Program-made: the position numbers and the translations under genes
The notes under the pieces: generated by a model
What the model was told of the DNA's origin: nothing
Database searches by the model: none
The model's input: the letters and a program-made list of their open reading frames with translations, nothing else
DNA from: Oligoflexia bacterium
Lineage (GTDB): Bacteria > Bdellovibrionota > Bacteriovoracia > Bacteriovoracales > Bacteriovoracaceae
Direction of reading: 5' to 3'
Length of the DNA: 64,000 nucleotides
Assembly (NCBI GenBank): GCA_015232015.1
Contig: JADGAM010000002.1
Location: 85 to 64,084 of the forward strand
Part shown: positions 36,280-45,913 of the stretch, piece after piece
How the letters are laid out: every line of letters begins with the position of its first letter
Numbering within the stretch: position 1 is the first letter of the stretch

Positions 36280-37425
36280 ATGCGCTTCAAAACATGTTTA
36301 AAAGTAAATCTCTCTAAATTAAAAGAAAATTACCTTCATTTAAGAGAATTATCTCCCACAAATAAAATTTTGTTCGTTATAAAGTCAAACGCCTATGGAC
36401 ATGGAATTGTTCCAATCGTGCGTTTCGCAGTTAAAGAATTAAATATTGATAGCTTTGGGTGTGCATCCCTAGGTGAGGCCATATTTTTACGAACTTCTCT
36501 TCCTGATTTGGAATTTGATTTGTATGTTCTTTCTGATTTTGAATTTGAAAACAAATACAATCATCAACACTTAATAAATAAAAGAATTATTCCTGTAATC
36601 TCCTCTATAAAAAGCTTAAAACTAATACTCGAAAGCTCTTTTTGCAAACATATTCCTCTTTGCTTAAAATTTGATACAGGCATGAGTCGCTTAGGCATAA
36701 AATTATCCGAACTAACTGAAACTATTTCTTTACTAAAACAACATAAAAAAACTACTCTTTTTCATATCATGTCTCATTTTGCCTCTTCTTCATCTGAAAT
36801 CACTTCAAGTAGTGCCCCCTATAAGCAATATGAGCGCTTTAAAGAGATAAAAAAAACTCTTATAGAAAATGGATTTATAATTGAAAGAAGTTCTATAGCT
36901 AATTCAGGAGCTATAGAACAAAAATTTGCATTGGAAGAAACCCATATTCGCCCAGGATTACTCTTGTATGGACTTAGTTCCTTAAATAAAGAATTCCGAT
37001 TAAAACAAAAAACAGAACAATCGTGGCCAGGAGAAAATATCTCTTCTTTAGAAACACACATAATTGATTTTTATAAAATAAAGGAAGGAGATGCTGTTGG
37101 ATACGGAGGACCTCTTGCTCACAAAGATGGCACTTTAGTTTACCTGGCATACGGATATGGAGATGGACTTCTTAATTTGTACAACCAATTACAAGTTGAA
37201 CATAAAGGATTTGTAGGTAAAGTTATCGGGCGCATTAGTATGGACATGACAGCTCTTTTATTTCCAACAGAGGCATTTGAATATTTAACCGTAGGTGAAA
37301 AAATAATTATTTGGGATCATTCTCCTAGTAAAATACTAAAGATTGCGGACACCCACAATATTATTCCTTATGAAATACTTTGCGGAATATCTGATAGAGT
37401 TCCTCGAGTATACATTATTTCTTGA
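36280..37425 (+). CDS. alr: Alanine racemase
   Basis: PLP-lysine motif FVIKSNAYGHGI, plus ..GYGDG.. and the C-terminal ..GRISMDM..IPYEILCGISDRVPRVY. Confidence 0.9.
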   Translation: MRFKTCLKVNLSKLKENYLHLRELSPTNKILFVIKSNAYGHGIVPIVRFAVKELNIDSFGCASLGEAIFLRTSLPDLEFDLYVLSDFEFENKYNHQHLINKRIIPVISSIKSLKLILESSFCKHIPLCLKFDTGMSRLGIKLSELTETISLLKQHKKTTLFHIMSHFASSSSEITSSSAPYKQYERFKEIKKTLIENGFIIERSSIANSGAIEQKFALEETHIRPGLLLYGLSSLNKEFRLKQKTEQSWPGENISSLETHIIDFYKIKEGDAVGYGGPLAHKDGTLVYLAYGYGDGLLNLYNQLQVEHKGFVGKVIGRISMDMTALLFPTEAFEYLTVGEKIIIWDHSPSKILKIADTHNIIPYEILCGISDRVPRVYIIS

Positions 37426-37564
37426 TACTTTTTGCTTTGTTAATTCTAAAACTTAGTATCTCTATAATGAATAATCATGAAAATGTCGAATATCTTGCAA
37501 GAGATGCCTTTGTAATATTCTCTTGATACTACTCTTGATAGTTATGTTAGGTGGAGATTGATTG

Positions 37565-38254
37565 ATGGCAACAATGAAAAATTGGCTCATTCGAACACGA
37601 TCGAATCAAATATTAGGGCCTGTATCAAAAACAAAAATAAAAGAGCTACTTTCTAATCAGGCCATGGGCCCAAACGATGAGATCAGCTCTGGTAATGGTT
37701 ACTGGTTTTTTATTAAAGAAAAAGATCTGATACAAAAATATGTTTTTGAAGATAACATTCAGTCATTTAATCCCATTAGCGAAGCAAAAGATGTAATATC
37801 TATTGCAAACGTAACACCAACTCCCTCAACCCCATTATCATCATCCTCATTCTCTTCAAAAGAGGAGGTCATACTTCCATCTCAAGATGATTTAGAATAT
37901 CCAGATATGATGGACAATGTATCTCCTCCTCCATCTATTATGCCCGATGATAATAATGATAATGATAGTGATAATGATAGTGATAATGATAATAACCGTT
38001 CAAGTGAACAATGTGAAAACAATGATATTACTTTGACCACTTCTCTTGATAAATTGAAAGAAATTGCATCCCTCAAAGCAAAAGTGGAAGAAAAAAAAGA
38101 AGATAACGCAAATAACTCCTATAGAACTACACCATCTATCCCTCTAAAAAAAAGAGATGATCGATTTTTAAAAATATTACTCGCTCTCTTTATCATTCTT
38201 TTGGTGAGCGCTATATTTTCAGGAATAAAAATCTTGAAAATGCATCTCAAATAG
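37565..38254 (+). CDS. GYF_2 (DUF4339)-domain protein with C-terminal TM anchor
   Basis: ATG 37565, with GGAG 8 nt upstream. Reads WLIRTRSNQILGPVSKTKIKELLSNQAMGPNDEISSGNGYWFFIKE. It has an acidic NDNDSDNDSDNDNN repeat and a terminal TM (ILLALFIILLVSAIFSGI). Confidence 0.55.
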   Translation: MATMKNWLIRTRSNQILGPVSKTKIKELLSNQAMGPNDEISSGNGYWFFIKEKDLIQKYVFEDNIQSFNPISEAKDVISIANVTPTPSTPLSSSSFSSKEEVILPSQDDLEYPDMMDNVSPPPSIMPDDNNDNDSDNDSDNDNNRSSEQCENNDITLTTSLDKLKEIASLKAKVEEKKEDNANNSYRTTPSIPLKKRDDRFLKILLALFIILLVSAIFSGIKILKMHLK

Positions 38255-38269
38255 TACAAATAGTACAAC

Positions 38270-38902
38270 ATGGGCAATAATAAATTAATTAATAATAAAA
38301 AATGTATGAACGTTTATATATATCCAACTGATACTGTGTGGGGAATAGGAGGTAGCATTTTCTTTAAAGAAGTATACCTCGAAATTATGCGCATAAAAAA
38401 AATCACTTCACCTCGCCCTGTATCCATATTATTTTCAGAGGTAGAAGAAATTAAAAATTTTTTCAATTTGCCCCCACAATTTAACATGAAGTTTCTAGAA
38501 GCTTTTTTTAATCTTGAAAGTACTTTAGGATTATCTATATCACTAATAAAAAATAATTCCATTCCTAAATGGTTATATCAATCAAGTGACATCGTTGCGA
38601 TAAGAACACTTAAGTTAAAATGGATCAAAGAGATCATAAAAAAAGAAAACTCTCCTATCATAACTACTAGTTTAAATCTAACAGACTTTGCTCCAATCTT
38701 AACTTACAATGAAGCTGTTTCCTTTAAAAACACCCATACTCCCTCGGCCTTGATTGTTGAAGACCCTGAAGTTCTTAATCAAAAGCTCTCAGGAATTTCA
38801 TCTTCTATTGTTTATATTGATCACCATCAAAATATTAAAACAATTAGAGAAGGACGTTTTTATAAAGAATTAAAAAACCTTCTTGATATACAAAAAAAAT
38901 GA
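38270..38902 (+). CDS. tsaC: L-threonylcarbamoyladenylate synthase (TsaC/YrdC family)
   Basis: Reads IYPTDTVWGIGG, ..RPVSILF.. and ..IITTSLNLT.. (cf. PTDTVYGLG, SANxSG). Confidence 0.75.
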   Translation: MGNNKLINNKKCMNVYIYPTDTVWGIGGSIFFKEVYLEIMRIKKITSPRPVSILFSEVEEIKNFFNLPPQFNMKFLEAFFNLESTLGLSISLIKNNSIPKWLYQSSDIVAIRTLKLKWIKEIIKKENSPIITTSLNLTDFAPILTYNEAVSFKNTHTPSALIVEDPEVLNQKLSGISSSIVYIDHHQNIKTIREGRFYKELKNLLDIQKK

Positions 38903-39594
38903 ATTACCATCAACCAGATTTTTATCATTTCACAGAAGATTCTATAATTTTGGCCGCTCATGTCTCTGATATATTAACTAAAATTATTACTAAGAAAAAT
39001 AATCCACCATACTCCTCCTCATACATCTTTAGCATTTTAGATGTATGTGCAGGTTGTGGTATTGTTGGCATAGAAACATTAATTAAATTTCATTCATCTC
39101 AAGCTCAAACAACAACCCAATTCTCTCAGGTTCCAACGTTTAAGCTAGATTTTATAGAATTACTCTTTGACTTTCACCCCTTCATTGAAAAAAATGTACA
39201 ACAACTACCAAATTACAATATTAATCTTCAATCCACAGTATGCATTCTAGGCCTATTTCAAGAAGTAATGATAGCAAACAAAAAAACTCCATATGACTGC
39301 ATTGTAGCTAATCCCCCATATTTTATTGCAAATAAAAATCGTCTTTCCAAATTGAATCCAAAAAAAAATAACTGTCGTTTTTTTTTAAATGGGAATTTAA
39401 ATGATTTAATACTTTTTTTTGATAATTGTTTAAAAGAAAATGGTAATGGTTTTTTTCTTTGTCATAAGGATAATATCGATCTAATTCAAACAAAAAAGAA
39501 TCCAATGCTAAATAAAATCTCCTCCAAACTAGAAATTGTTAAAAGCTTTAATGATGTGAATATTGTTTGCATACATAAGTCGATTGTTGACTAA
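38899..39594 (+). CDS. Class I SAM-dependent N6-adenine/N5-glutamine-type methyltransferase (NPPY)
   Basis: Motif I ILDVCAGCGIVGIE and motif IV IVANPPYF. ATGA overlap with tsaC. Confidence 0.7.
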   Translation: MNYHQPDFYHFTEDSIILAAHVSDILTKIITKKNNPPYSSSYIFSILDVCAGCGIVGIETLIKFHSSQAQTTTQFSQVPTFKLDFIELLFDFHPFIEKNVQQLPNYNINLQSTVCILGLFQEVMIANKKTPYDCIVANPPYFIANKNRLSKLNPKKNNCRFFLNGNLNDLILFFDNCLKENGNGFFLCHKDNIDLIQTKKNPMLNKISSKLEIVKSFNDVNIVCIHKSIVD

Positions 39595-40253
39595 TTTAAA
39601 ACGCTTTGAATGTGTAATGAAATTAGAAGAGTTCTCATTTTTTCATCAGTTATTTCTTCAAAATTTCTTTCTGCCTCTTTTAATGCCCGTCTATATTCTG
39701 GAGAAAATTGATGATATTTATCTTTATTTCTTTTCGATCCCTTAATAAAAAACTTATTTTCTCGTTTTTCTCTCTCTTCTTTTTTAATTTTTTCTTTCTC
39801 TTTCTCGGAATTTTCAAAATTATCATTCAAAAAATAATTTTCCGAATGCAAAAAATTAATTTTAAGGAAAGATTTTTTTAAAATTGGATATTTGGCCCAT
39901 ATTTTTTCTTTAATTTTTTCTGCAATAAAACTTAGTTCAAGAGCAAATGCCGCATGTCTAGTTGTTATTATTAGTGTTGAATTTTGTATTTTTAAAGGAG
40001 TTGTATTTTTTGCTAACATTTCCCCTACTATTTCACTCCAACCATTTACTAACGAAAGAAAATCAAAAAAACCCTCATCACCCTTTTTCCCCCTACCAAC
40101 ACTTCTTCCTATTCCTACTCCCTTCCCTCTTCCATATCCTCTTCCTGTGTTACTTATATATTTATAGCTCTTTTTATTAGATCTTGATTCTTTAATATTT
40201 GTTTTGGTAGATGTAACATCAAAAGGTAAAAAATCTGAAAGTTTTTTAAACAT
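39591..40253 (-). CDS. dciA: DUF721/DciA-like protein with Gly/Arg-rich N-terminal tract
   Basis: Core ..LVNGWSEIVGEMLAKNTTPLKIQNSTLIITTRHAAFALELSFIAEKIKEKI.. matches the DUF721 pattern. It is preceded by NTGRGYGRGKGVGIGRSVGRGKKG and followed by a K/E-rich tail. Confidence 0.6.
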   Translation of the reverse strand: MFKKLSDFLPFDVTSTKTNIKESRSNKKSYKYISNTGRGYGRGKGVGIGRSVGRGKKGDEGFFDFLSLVNGWSEIVGEMLAKNTTPLKIQNSTLIITTRHAAFALELSFIAEKIKEKIWAKYPILKKSFLKINFLHSENYFLNDNFENSEKEKEKIKKEEREKRENKFFIKGSKRNKDKYHQFSPEYRRALKEAERNFEEITDEKMRTLLISLHIQSVLN

Positions 40254-40273
40254 AAAAGTCTGATGGTGTTATT

Positions 40274-41005
40274 ATGTATCTTAATAAGTATACGCATATT
40301 GATTGTAAAAAAATTTTGTTTCTTAAAAAGTTTATCTTAACTTTATTAGTTATTTCCACTGTAATAATTACTCTATTTTCTATTACTAGTTGCTCAAATT
40401 ATAAATTTAAGAGAACAACAAACCCTCTAGCACCATATGGTGTTAACACAGTATCTATCCCCATGTTTCTTAATAAAAGCTCCGTCCCTAATGTATCAGG
40501 CCCTATTACAAGAACGATTATAAATTCTTTACTGCAATATCCTGACTTAAAAGTTTACGCTGGCGATTGGAAAAAATGTGATGGAATTTTAATTGGGATT
40601 ATAACCTCTTCTCCAACCATAAGCGGTGCTCTGGCCAGTGGTGGAAGTGGAGAAATTAAACCAGGCGACGGTACTATCGGAAATAGAAGATCTATAATTG
40701 TTCCCACTGCTACAACTATCAACCTTACATTGACACTAACTCTAATTAAAGACCCAACTCATAAAGATTTTGATTTTATAATTTCTACTCTCGGAAAATA
40801 CATTTACAACCACCCCAAAGCAGTTTTCACAGAATCAATTGGTATGACCGGAACTATTGGAAGAGTAAACGATACAGGTATTGGAACAAATTCCTCTGTA
40901 GTAACTAATTTTACAAAAAATAGAGGCATGCAAGACAAAGTCATTCACGATATGGCAGAACAAGCGGCAACTAATTTTAGGAATATAATACTCTATGCTT
41001 TCTAA
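40274..41005 (+). CDS. lptE: LptE-like LPS-assembly lipoprotein
   Basis: Lipobox ..FSITSC. The C-terminal ..MQDKVIHDMAEQAATNFRNI.. resembles the LptE tail. It lies immediately upstream of, and overlaps, a holA-like gene, as in the conserved lptE-holA pair. Confidence 0.5.
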   Translation: MYLNKYTHIDCKKILFLKKFILTLLVISTVIITLFSITSCSNYKFKRTTNPLAPYGVNTVSIPMFLNKSSVPNVSGPITRTIINSLLQYPDLKVYAGDWKKCDGILIGIITSSPTISGALASGGSGEIKPGDGTIGNRRSIIVPTATTINLTLTLTLIKDPTHKDFDFIISTLGKYIYNHPKAVFTESIGMTGTIGRVNDTGIGTNSSVVTNFTKNRGMQDKVIHDMAEQAATNFRNIILYAF

Positions 41006-42017
41006 ATTCTCTATCTGGGATTTTAAACCAAATAAAAACCAAGGGCAAAACAATTTAATAAATAATGAGACGCTGATAATAAATTTATTAGTTGAAGATT
41101 TATTTATGCAAAAATTTATCCTGGAGGAAGTAAATGATATACTAAAATTAAATATCAAAACACTGGAAACTGAAATCACTTCGCGCAATGCAAAAGAGTG
41201 CTCTTTGCAATGGTTCCAACAAGAATTACTCACTCCAACCTTATGGGATAATAATCAAGTTTATGTTATTCAAGCTTGTGAAGAGTTTAATAAAGACAAG
41301 ATAAATTTTTTGATAAAAAATAAAACCTTTCTAAATAATATTAATTGTAAATTAATTATGCTTTTTTCCAAAGAGGTCGGTGCATTTCAACAGCTTCATA
41401 AAGAAAGCATAGGATCATCTATAAAAATAGAAACCCCTCGTTTTTATGAGTTTAAAAAATTACTAACTTACTTAATCAATAAACTTGATATTAAAAATCT
41501 TAGCGAAGAAGCTAAAAATTATTTTTGTGAAGTAATAAAACCTACCTCATGTGATTATTATACAAATTTAATGCAAATAAAAATTTTATCTCAATCACAA
41601 AAATGTGCTTCTGAAAAATTAGATGCCGTAGGCCTTCAAAAATTATTATTACCTGAAACAAACCATTTGGATTTTTTTAAATTGGCAAAAATTTTTTCAA
41701 AAAAAAATTACAAAGAATTTTTTGCTACTTTAATAACAAATATGAACTCTAATTCAAAAAACATTGATAGTAACGCTCTTCTAAGTTTTGCTATTTTTAT
41801 GCAAAACCATCTATTAAAAATTAGTGATCCATCTTATCTTAAACATAAAACCAAACTAAACCGTTATGATCAGGCAATATCTTCTTATTCAAAAAATTGG
41901 AACAATGTGGAAATAAAACGAGCGCTACGATTCTTTGCAACGATTGAAATATCCAATAAGTTCAAAGATCCAATTTTAATGCATTCATTAGCATTAAAAT
42001 TGCTTATCCTTAAATAG
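40995..42017 (+). CDS. holA: DNA polymerase III delta subunit (HolA)-like
   Basis: 340 aa. The assignment rests mainly on size and lptE-holA synteny. Sequence motifs are weak. Confidence 0.45.
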   Translation: MLSKFSIWDFKPNKNQGQNNLINNETLIINLLVEDLFMQKFILEEVNDILKLNIKTLETEITSRNAKECSLQWFQQELLTPTLWDNNQVYVIQACEEFNKDKINFLIKNKTFLNNINCKLIMLFSKEVGAFQQLHKESIGSSIKIETPRFYEFKKLLTYLINKLDIKNLSEEAKNYFCEVIKPTSCDYYTNLMQIKILSQSQKCASEKLDAVGLQKLLLPETNHLDFFKLAKIFSKKNYKEFFATLITNMNSNSKNIDSNALLSFAIFMQNHLLKISDPSYLKHKTKLNRYDQAISSYSKNWNNVEIKRALRFFATIEISNKFKDPILMHSLALKLLILK

Positions 42018-42074
42018 AAATAGGATTACCTAGATGTATAGGCATTTGTATTTATGTTTGTAAAAATTAATTGA

Positions 42075-42350
42075 TTAGATATTACCCTTAACTAATTTTG
42101 CTATTTTAGTTGCCATCCTTGATGTTTTTCTAGCAGCTGAATTTTTAGATATTGCTTTTGTCTGTGCAACTTTTGCTAAAACTGATTGAGCGCTCACAAA
42201 AAGCTTCTTAGTTAAATCCATATCTTTTTTTTCAATGGCCTCGTTCAGCTTTTGCTCTGCATTTTTAGCTTTACTTCTATTAGATTTATTTCTTGCATTT
42301 TTAATTAACGCTTGTCTTGCTCTTTTTTCTGCAGACTTATGATTTGCCAC
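42075..42350 (-). CDS. rpsT: 30S ribosomal protein S20
   Basis: MANHKSAEKRARQALIKNARNKSNRSKAK... Confidence 0.92.
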   Translation of the reverse strand: MANHKSAEKRARQALIKNARNKSNRSKAKNAEQKLNEAIEKKDMDLTKKLFVSAQSVLAKVAQTKAISKNSAARKTSRMATKIAKLVKGNI

Positions 42351-42540
42351 AAATTCTCCTATGTTTTGTTTGTTTTTTACTTTTTCGATTTAGTTTATAT
42401 AACTTTATAACTATATAACTTTCACTCAATGTATCAAGAAATATATTCTATAAAATAATATTCTGGCAAGAGTAAAAATTCTATAATTTTTGACTACTTT
42501 TCAATAGTAATTTATCTTAAAATCATTTATGAAAATATCT

Positions 42541-42569
42541 TTGCGCCAACTAAAGTGCTAATATACTAT
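42541..42569 (+). promoter_or_regulatory. Candidate sigma70-type promoter for the 42604 gene
   Basis: TTGCGC, then a 15-17 nt spacer, then TATACT/TACTAT, ~35 nt upstream of the GGGGAG RBS and ATG 42604. -10-like strings are frequent in DNA this AT-rich, so support is weak. Confidence 0.25.
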
Positions 42570-42603
42570 AGTTTCTTAAATAAAAATATTTGGGGAGACC
42601 TTT

Positions 42604-44073
42604 ATGTTAAAAAAAATAAAAAAAGATAAGGATAAAGATAAGGATAAAGATAATAGCAAAAAAAATATTCATCTTAAAAAAAAGACATCTTCAACACAAA
42701 TAGCACGACAAGCTAAAAGTGTTATAAAAAAATTTGATGAAAAAAATAAAAAAGAAAAAAATAAAGGCCCAAAGAGTCACAACCTAGACTCTTCATCAAA
42801 AATTATTAAGAAAGAGCGTATCGCTTCTAAAAAAAATTCTATTACAGACACGGTAATAGGCCATAAAAAAGCGTCTTCGAATCTTAATAAAAACCTTAAA
42901 CAAAATCTAAAAAACAGTATCAATAAAAACAAAATTCGAGATAAACAAGACAATAAGCTTAAGGATCCAAAATACCTTAAAAACACAAAAGGTTCTAAAC
43001 AACATAAAGAATTTGTTGATGCTAAATTTGAAGAAAAAGAAACATTAATTATCAAAAGTGATTATAGATCAAATAAAGAAATAAAAGAGGGAAGAACTCC
43101 TAAAAGAATTTCTGATCATACACAACCAAATAAAATAGACCAAACAATTTCGTCTTCTGATACTATTGATTTTACACCTACTCCTACTTCTACTCTCGCT
43201 TCTTCTTCTGTTCCAACTTCTAAACAACAGGATCATCACATTACTACTCAACAAACAACTCCCGTAGTTACTCCTATTGCTACTCAAGCTGATTCTTCTT
43301 CCTCTCCTACCGTCCCTGAAATGGCAGAACCAGTAGTATTAAAAATAAAAGGCAAACGTGGAAGAAAAAAATTAGAAAAATCTACGCTTTCTGTAACATC
43401 TTCAGATCAATCAAAAGAAGTTAACATCACTACAAGTAGCACCACCATCAGTAACATTAGCGATGATAACGACGATGGAATGGATGATAACAATAAAGGT
43501 AAAATTACTCTAGAAGATGATATTAATATCTCTGAAAAAAATCTTGATAAATTACTTTCCGAAGAAAAAGAGATTAAAGAGGAAAGTCAAAAACCTAAAG
43601 AACTAAAAGATCTTGAAGATAAGATCATGGAAGAAATTGAATCGTTAAGCGAAGATTATAACATTGATGAAATTAGATCAGTGATAAGAGAAATTGATTT
43701 TTTCAATCATAATGATTCTGATGAATGCCTTGAAAAATATTGTGAAAATTTACAAACAACCCTTGGATATTGCCGTCCACACTACATAAAAAACTGGAAA
43801 AATATTAGAAAAAAACGGGCCATCTTAAAAGAAGGTAAATTACAAAATTTAATTGAAGAATTAATTAGTAAATTCCCTGCCAAATATGTTGAAGCTATTA
43901 TGCATGACTTAAGTGGAGATAAAGAATTCTATCAAGTTCTCAAAGAATTAAATATTGATACTGGTTTTCAAGATGACGACATTGGCGATCTAGATTTAGA
44001 TGATGATTTAACAGTAGAAACAAGAAACATTGCTGGAGTTAGAGTTAATTACGACGACGAAGATGTAATCTAA
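42604..44073 (+). CDS. Lys-rich low-complexity protein with C-terminal Cys/His motif
   Basis: 489 aa. KDKDKDKD start and a basic N-terminal half. The conserved-looking C-terminus is ECLEKYCENLQTTLGYCRPHY (C-x4-C-x9-C-x2-H). The end is acidic. Confidence 0.5.
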   Translation: MLKKIKKDKDKDKDKDNSKKNIHLKKKTSSTQIARQAKSVIKKFDEKNKKEKNKGPKSHNLDSSSKIIKKERIASKKNSITDTVIGHKKASSNLNKNLKQNLKNSINKNKIRDKQDNKLKDPKYLKNTKGSKQHKEFVDAKFEEKETLIIKSDYRSNKEIKEGRTPKRISDHTQPNKIDQTISSSDTIDFTPTPTSTLASSSVPTSKQQDHHITTQQTTPVVTPIATQADSSSSPTVPEMAEPVVLKIKGKRGRKKLEKSTLSVTSSDQSKEVNITTSSTTISNISDDNDDGMDDNNKGKITLEDDINISEKNLDKLLSEEKEIKEESQKPKELKDLEDKIMEEIESLSEDYNIDEIRSVIREIDFFNHNDSDECLEKYCENLQTTLGYCRPHYIKNWKNIRKKRAILKEGKLQNLIEELISKFPAKYVEAIMHDLSGDKEFYQVLKELNIDTGFQDDDIGDLDLDDDLTVETRNIAGVRVNYDDEDVI

Positions 44074-44108
44074 AAACTTCTTGTTGAATGTTTTAGAGGA
44101 TTGGAAAA

Positions 44109-44603
44109 TTACGACAAAAGTTTATTGGCCTGCAAAGTTAAAGCTACATTTTCTCTACTAATCTTATAAAATATTTTCAAATCATGGAATTCTTCTTCTA
44201 GCCAATTCTCACAATAATCAATAATTGATTCTTTTTCTAAATCTTGGTTAGTAATTAATTTATCCAAAATACTCTCTAAAATTAGACCAACAAAATCCAA
44301 TACTCTATATAAATACTTTTCGTATTCTTTTTTTTCTTTTAAATCTATTGATGTAAAACAAGTAATTGAAGATAGAGATTTTTCATCATCATCTAATAAC
44401 GAGATTATAAGTAATAATTCGGAATCATATACCTGACTATAAATATCAATTTTCTTTTTTATTTTATGTTGGTCTAGAAGAACTTTATAATTGTAATTAA
44501 GTAGATCAATTATCTCTTTCTTATATTTTGGAGAAATTTGCTCTCCTTTTGTTAGATGATCCTTTCGAGAGAAAGAAATTTGCATTTTATTACCTCTTTG
44601 CAA
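44109..44603 (-). CDS. Hypothetical protein
   Basis: 164-aa ORF with no domain recognised. It is the lone minus-strand gene between + strand genes. Confidence 0.4.
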   Translation of the reverse strand: MQRGNKMQISFSRKDHLTKGEQISPKYKKEIIDLLNYNYKVLLDQHKIKKKIDIYSQVYDSELLLIISLLDDDEKSLSSITCFTSIDLKEKKEYEKYLYRVLDFVGLILESILDKLITNQDLEKESIIDYCENWLEEEFHDLKIFYKISRENVALTLQANKLLS

Positions 44604-44727
44604 AAACCTAATATAAAAATAAACTATATGTATAGGGTTATAATCAATAATACAAGTATAAATTTTTAAGTCTTATGTGCAATCCATGTTTGATTAATTC
44701 TTTATTAACCTGAATTAAGGATGACTT

Positions 44728-45843
44728 ATGGGATTAAGGGCCACTAAACCTCCAGCACTAGCAGCAAATTCTAATAATCAAAGTAGTGATAGTGAAGGCA
44801 AAAAATCTGGACTAGTAACACTTCCTATAGGGAAAATTTTATTTAATGAAGGAGACAAAGCATATTCATTATATATAATTCAAAAAGGGCAACTTCGATT
44901 ATTCAGGCCAAAGGGCAAAGGTTTTGTTGAACTTACTGTCTTACGAGCAGGAGAAGTTATTGGTGAAATGGCATATTTTGCTGAAGATCCAAATGATCAA
45001 AAAAGGAGTTGTTCCGCTCAGGCCATCACTCCTACAGAAGTTATCGAAATATCTTTTAATGCTTTTACTAAAACATTAAGTGGTCTTAATCCTTGGTTCA
45101 AAACAATTTTTAATACACTTGCAGAGCGATTACGAAAAACAAATACGCGTTTAAAAGAATTAGAATCAAATTCCGTTTCCACAATACATGGTTCAAATAG
45201 TGGTGGTCAAAGTGAATATAAATTTTTTAGGAATATAGATATAATTCGTTTGTTATCTACTTTCTTTTTAGTGTTAAAAGCACATGGTGAAAATAAAGAT
45301 AATGCTTTAGAGATTAATAGAAAAACATTAAAACATTATGCTATAGACATATATAATATTACCGATTCAAAATTTGAAGAATTTATTAATCTACTTAAAA
45401 GCCAGGATCTCATATCATTTGCTGCTGACAAAGACAATCTTCTAAATATTTTTCAATTCCCAAGGGTAGATACCTTAAGATCACTTTTTTTATTTCTTAA
45501 TACTCAAAGAAATTTGGCAGATGAAAAAAGAGTCATTATCTCTGATAAATGTGAAATCATTCTGCATAAAATACTAAATCAATTATATGAAAAAAAAATA
45601 AACACTCCTATGGCAATTGTAGAACTGACTTCAATATTTAATGAATTTAAAGCTAAATCCATGGGCATTGATGCAACTGATTTAAAGCAAGCTGTGGATT
45701 CAAAATTCATGAGTGAACCTATTGTAGGAAATGATGGGAAATTAACTTCTACTATTGATTATGAGTTTTTAAAAAAAAATTTTCTTCCTATATGTTTCAT
45801 GAATGCTGTTAATAAAGTTAATGATAAGAAATCAAAGCTATAG
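44728..45843 (+). CDS. Cyclic-nucleotide-binding (cNMP/CAP-type) domain protein with unknown C-terminal half
   Basis: Reads ..GKILFNEGDKAYSLYIIQKGQLRLFRP..LRAGEVIGEMAYF... Confidence 0.7.
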   Translation: MGLRATKPPALAANSNNQSSDSEGKKSGLVTLPIGKILFNEGDKAYSLYIIQKGQLRLFRPKGKGFVELTVLRAGEVIGEMAYFAEDPNDQKRSCSAQAITPTEVIEISFNAFTKTLSGLNPWFKTIFNTLAERLRKTNTRLKELESNSVSTIHGSNSGGQSEYKFFRNIDIIRLLSTFFLVLKAHGENKDNALEINRKTLKHYAIDIYNITDSKFEEFINLLKSQDLISFAADKDNLLNIFQFPRVDTLRSLFLFLNTQRNLADEKRVIISDKCEIILHKILNQLYEKKINTPMAIVELTSIFNEFKAKSMGIDATDLKQAVDSKFMSEPIVGNDGKLTSTIDYEFLKKNFLPICFMNAVNKVNDKKSKL

Positions 45844-45913
45844 TTTTGTAAAATTTTATTGAACATTTGATATTGATTATATGTTTTTGTATTTTAATTA
45901 GAGGAATTTTTCT

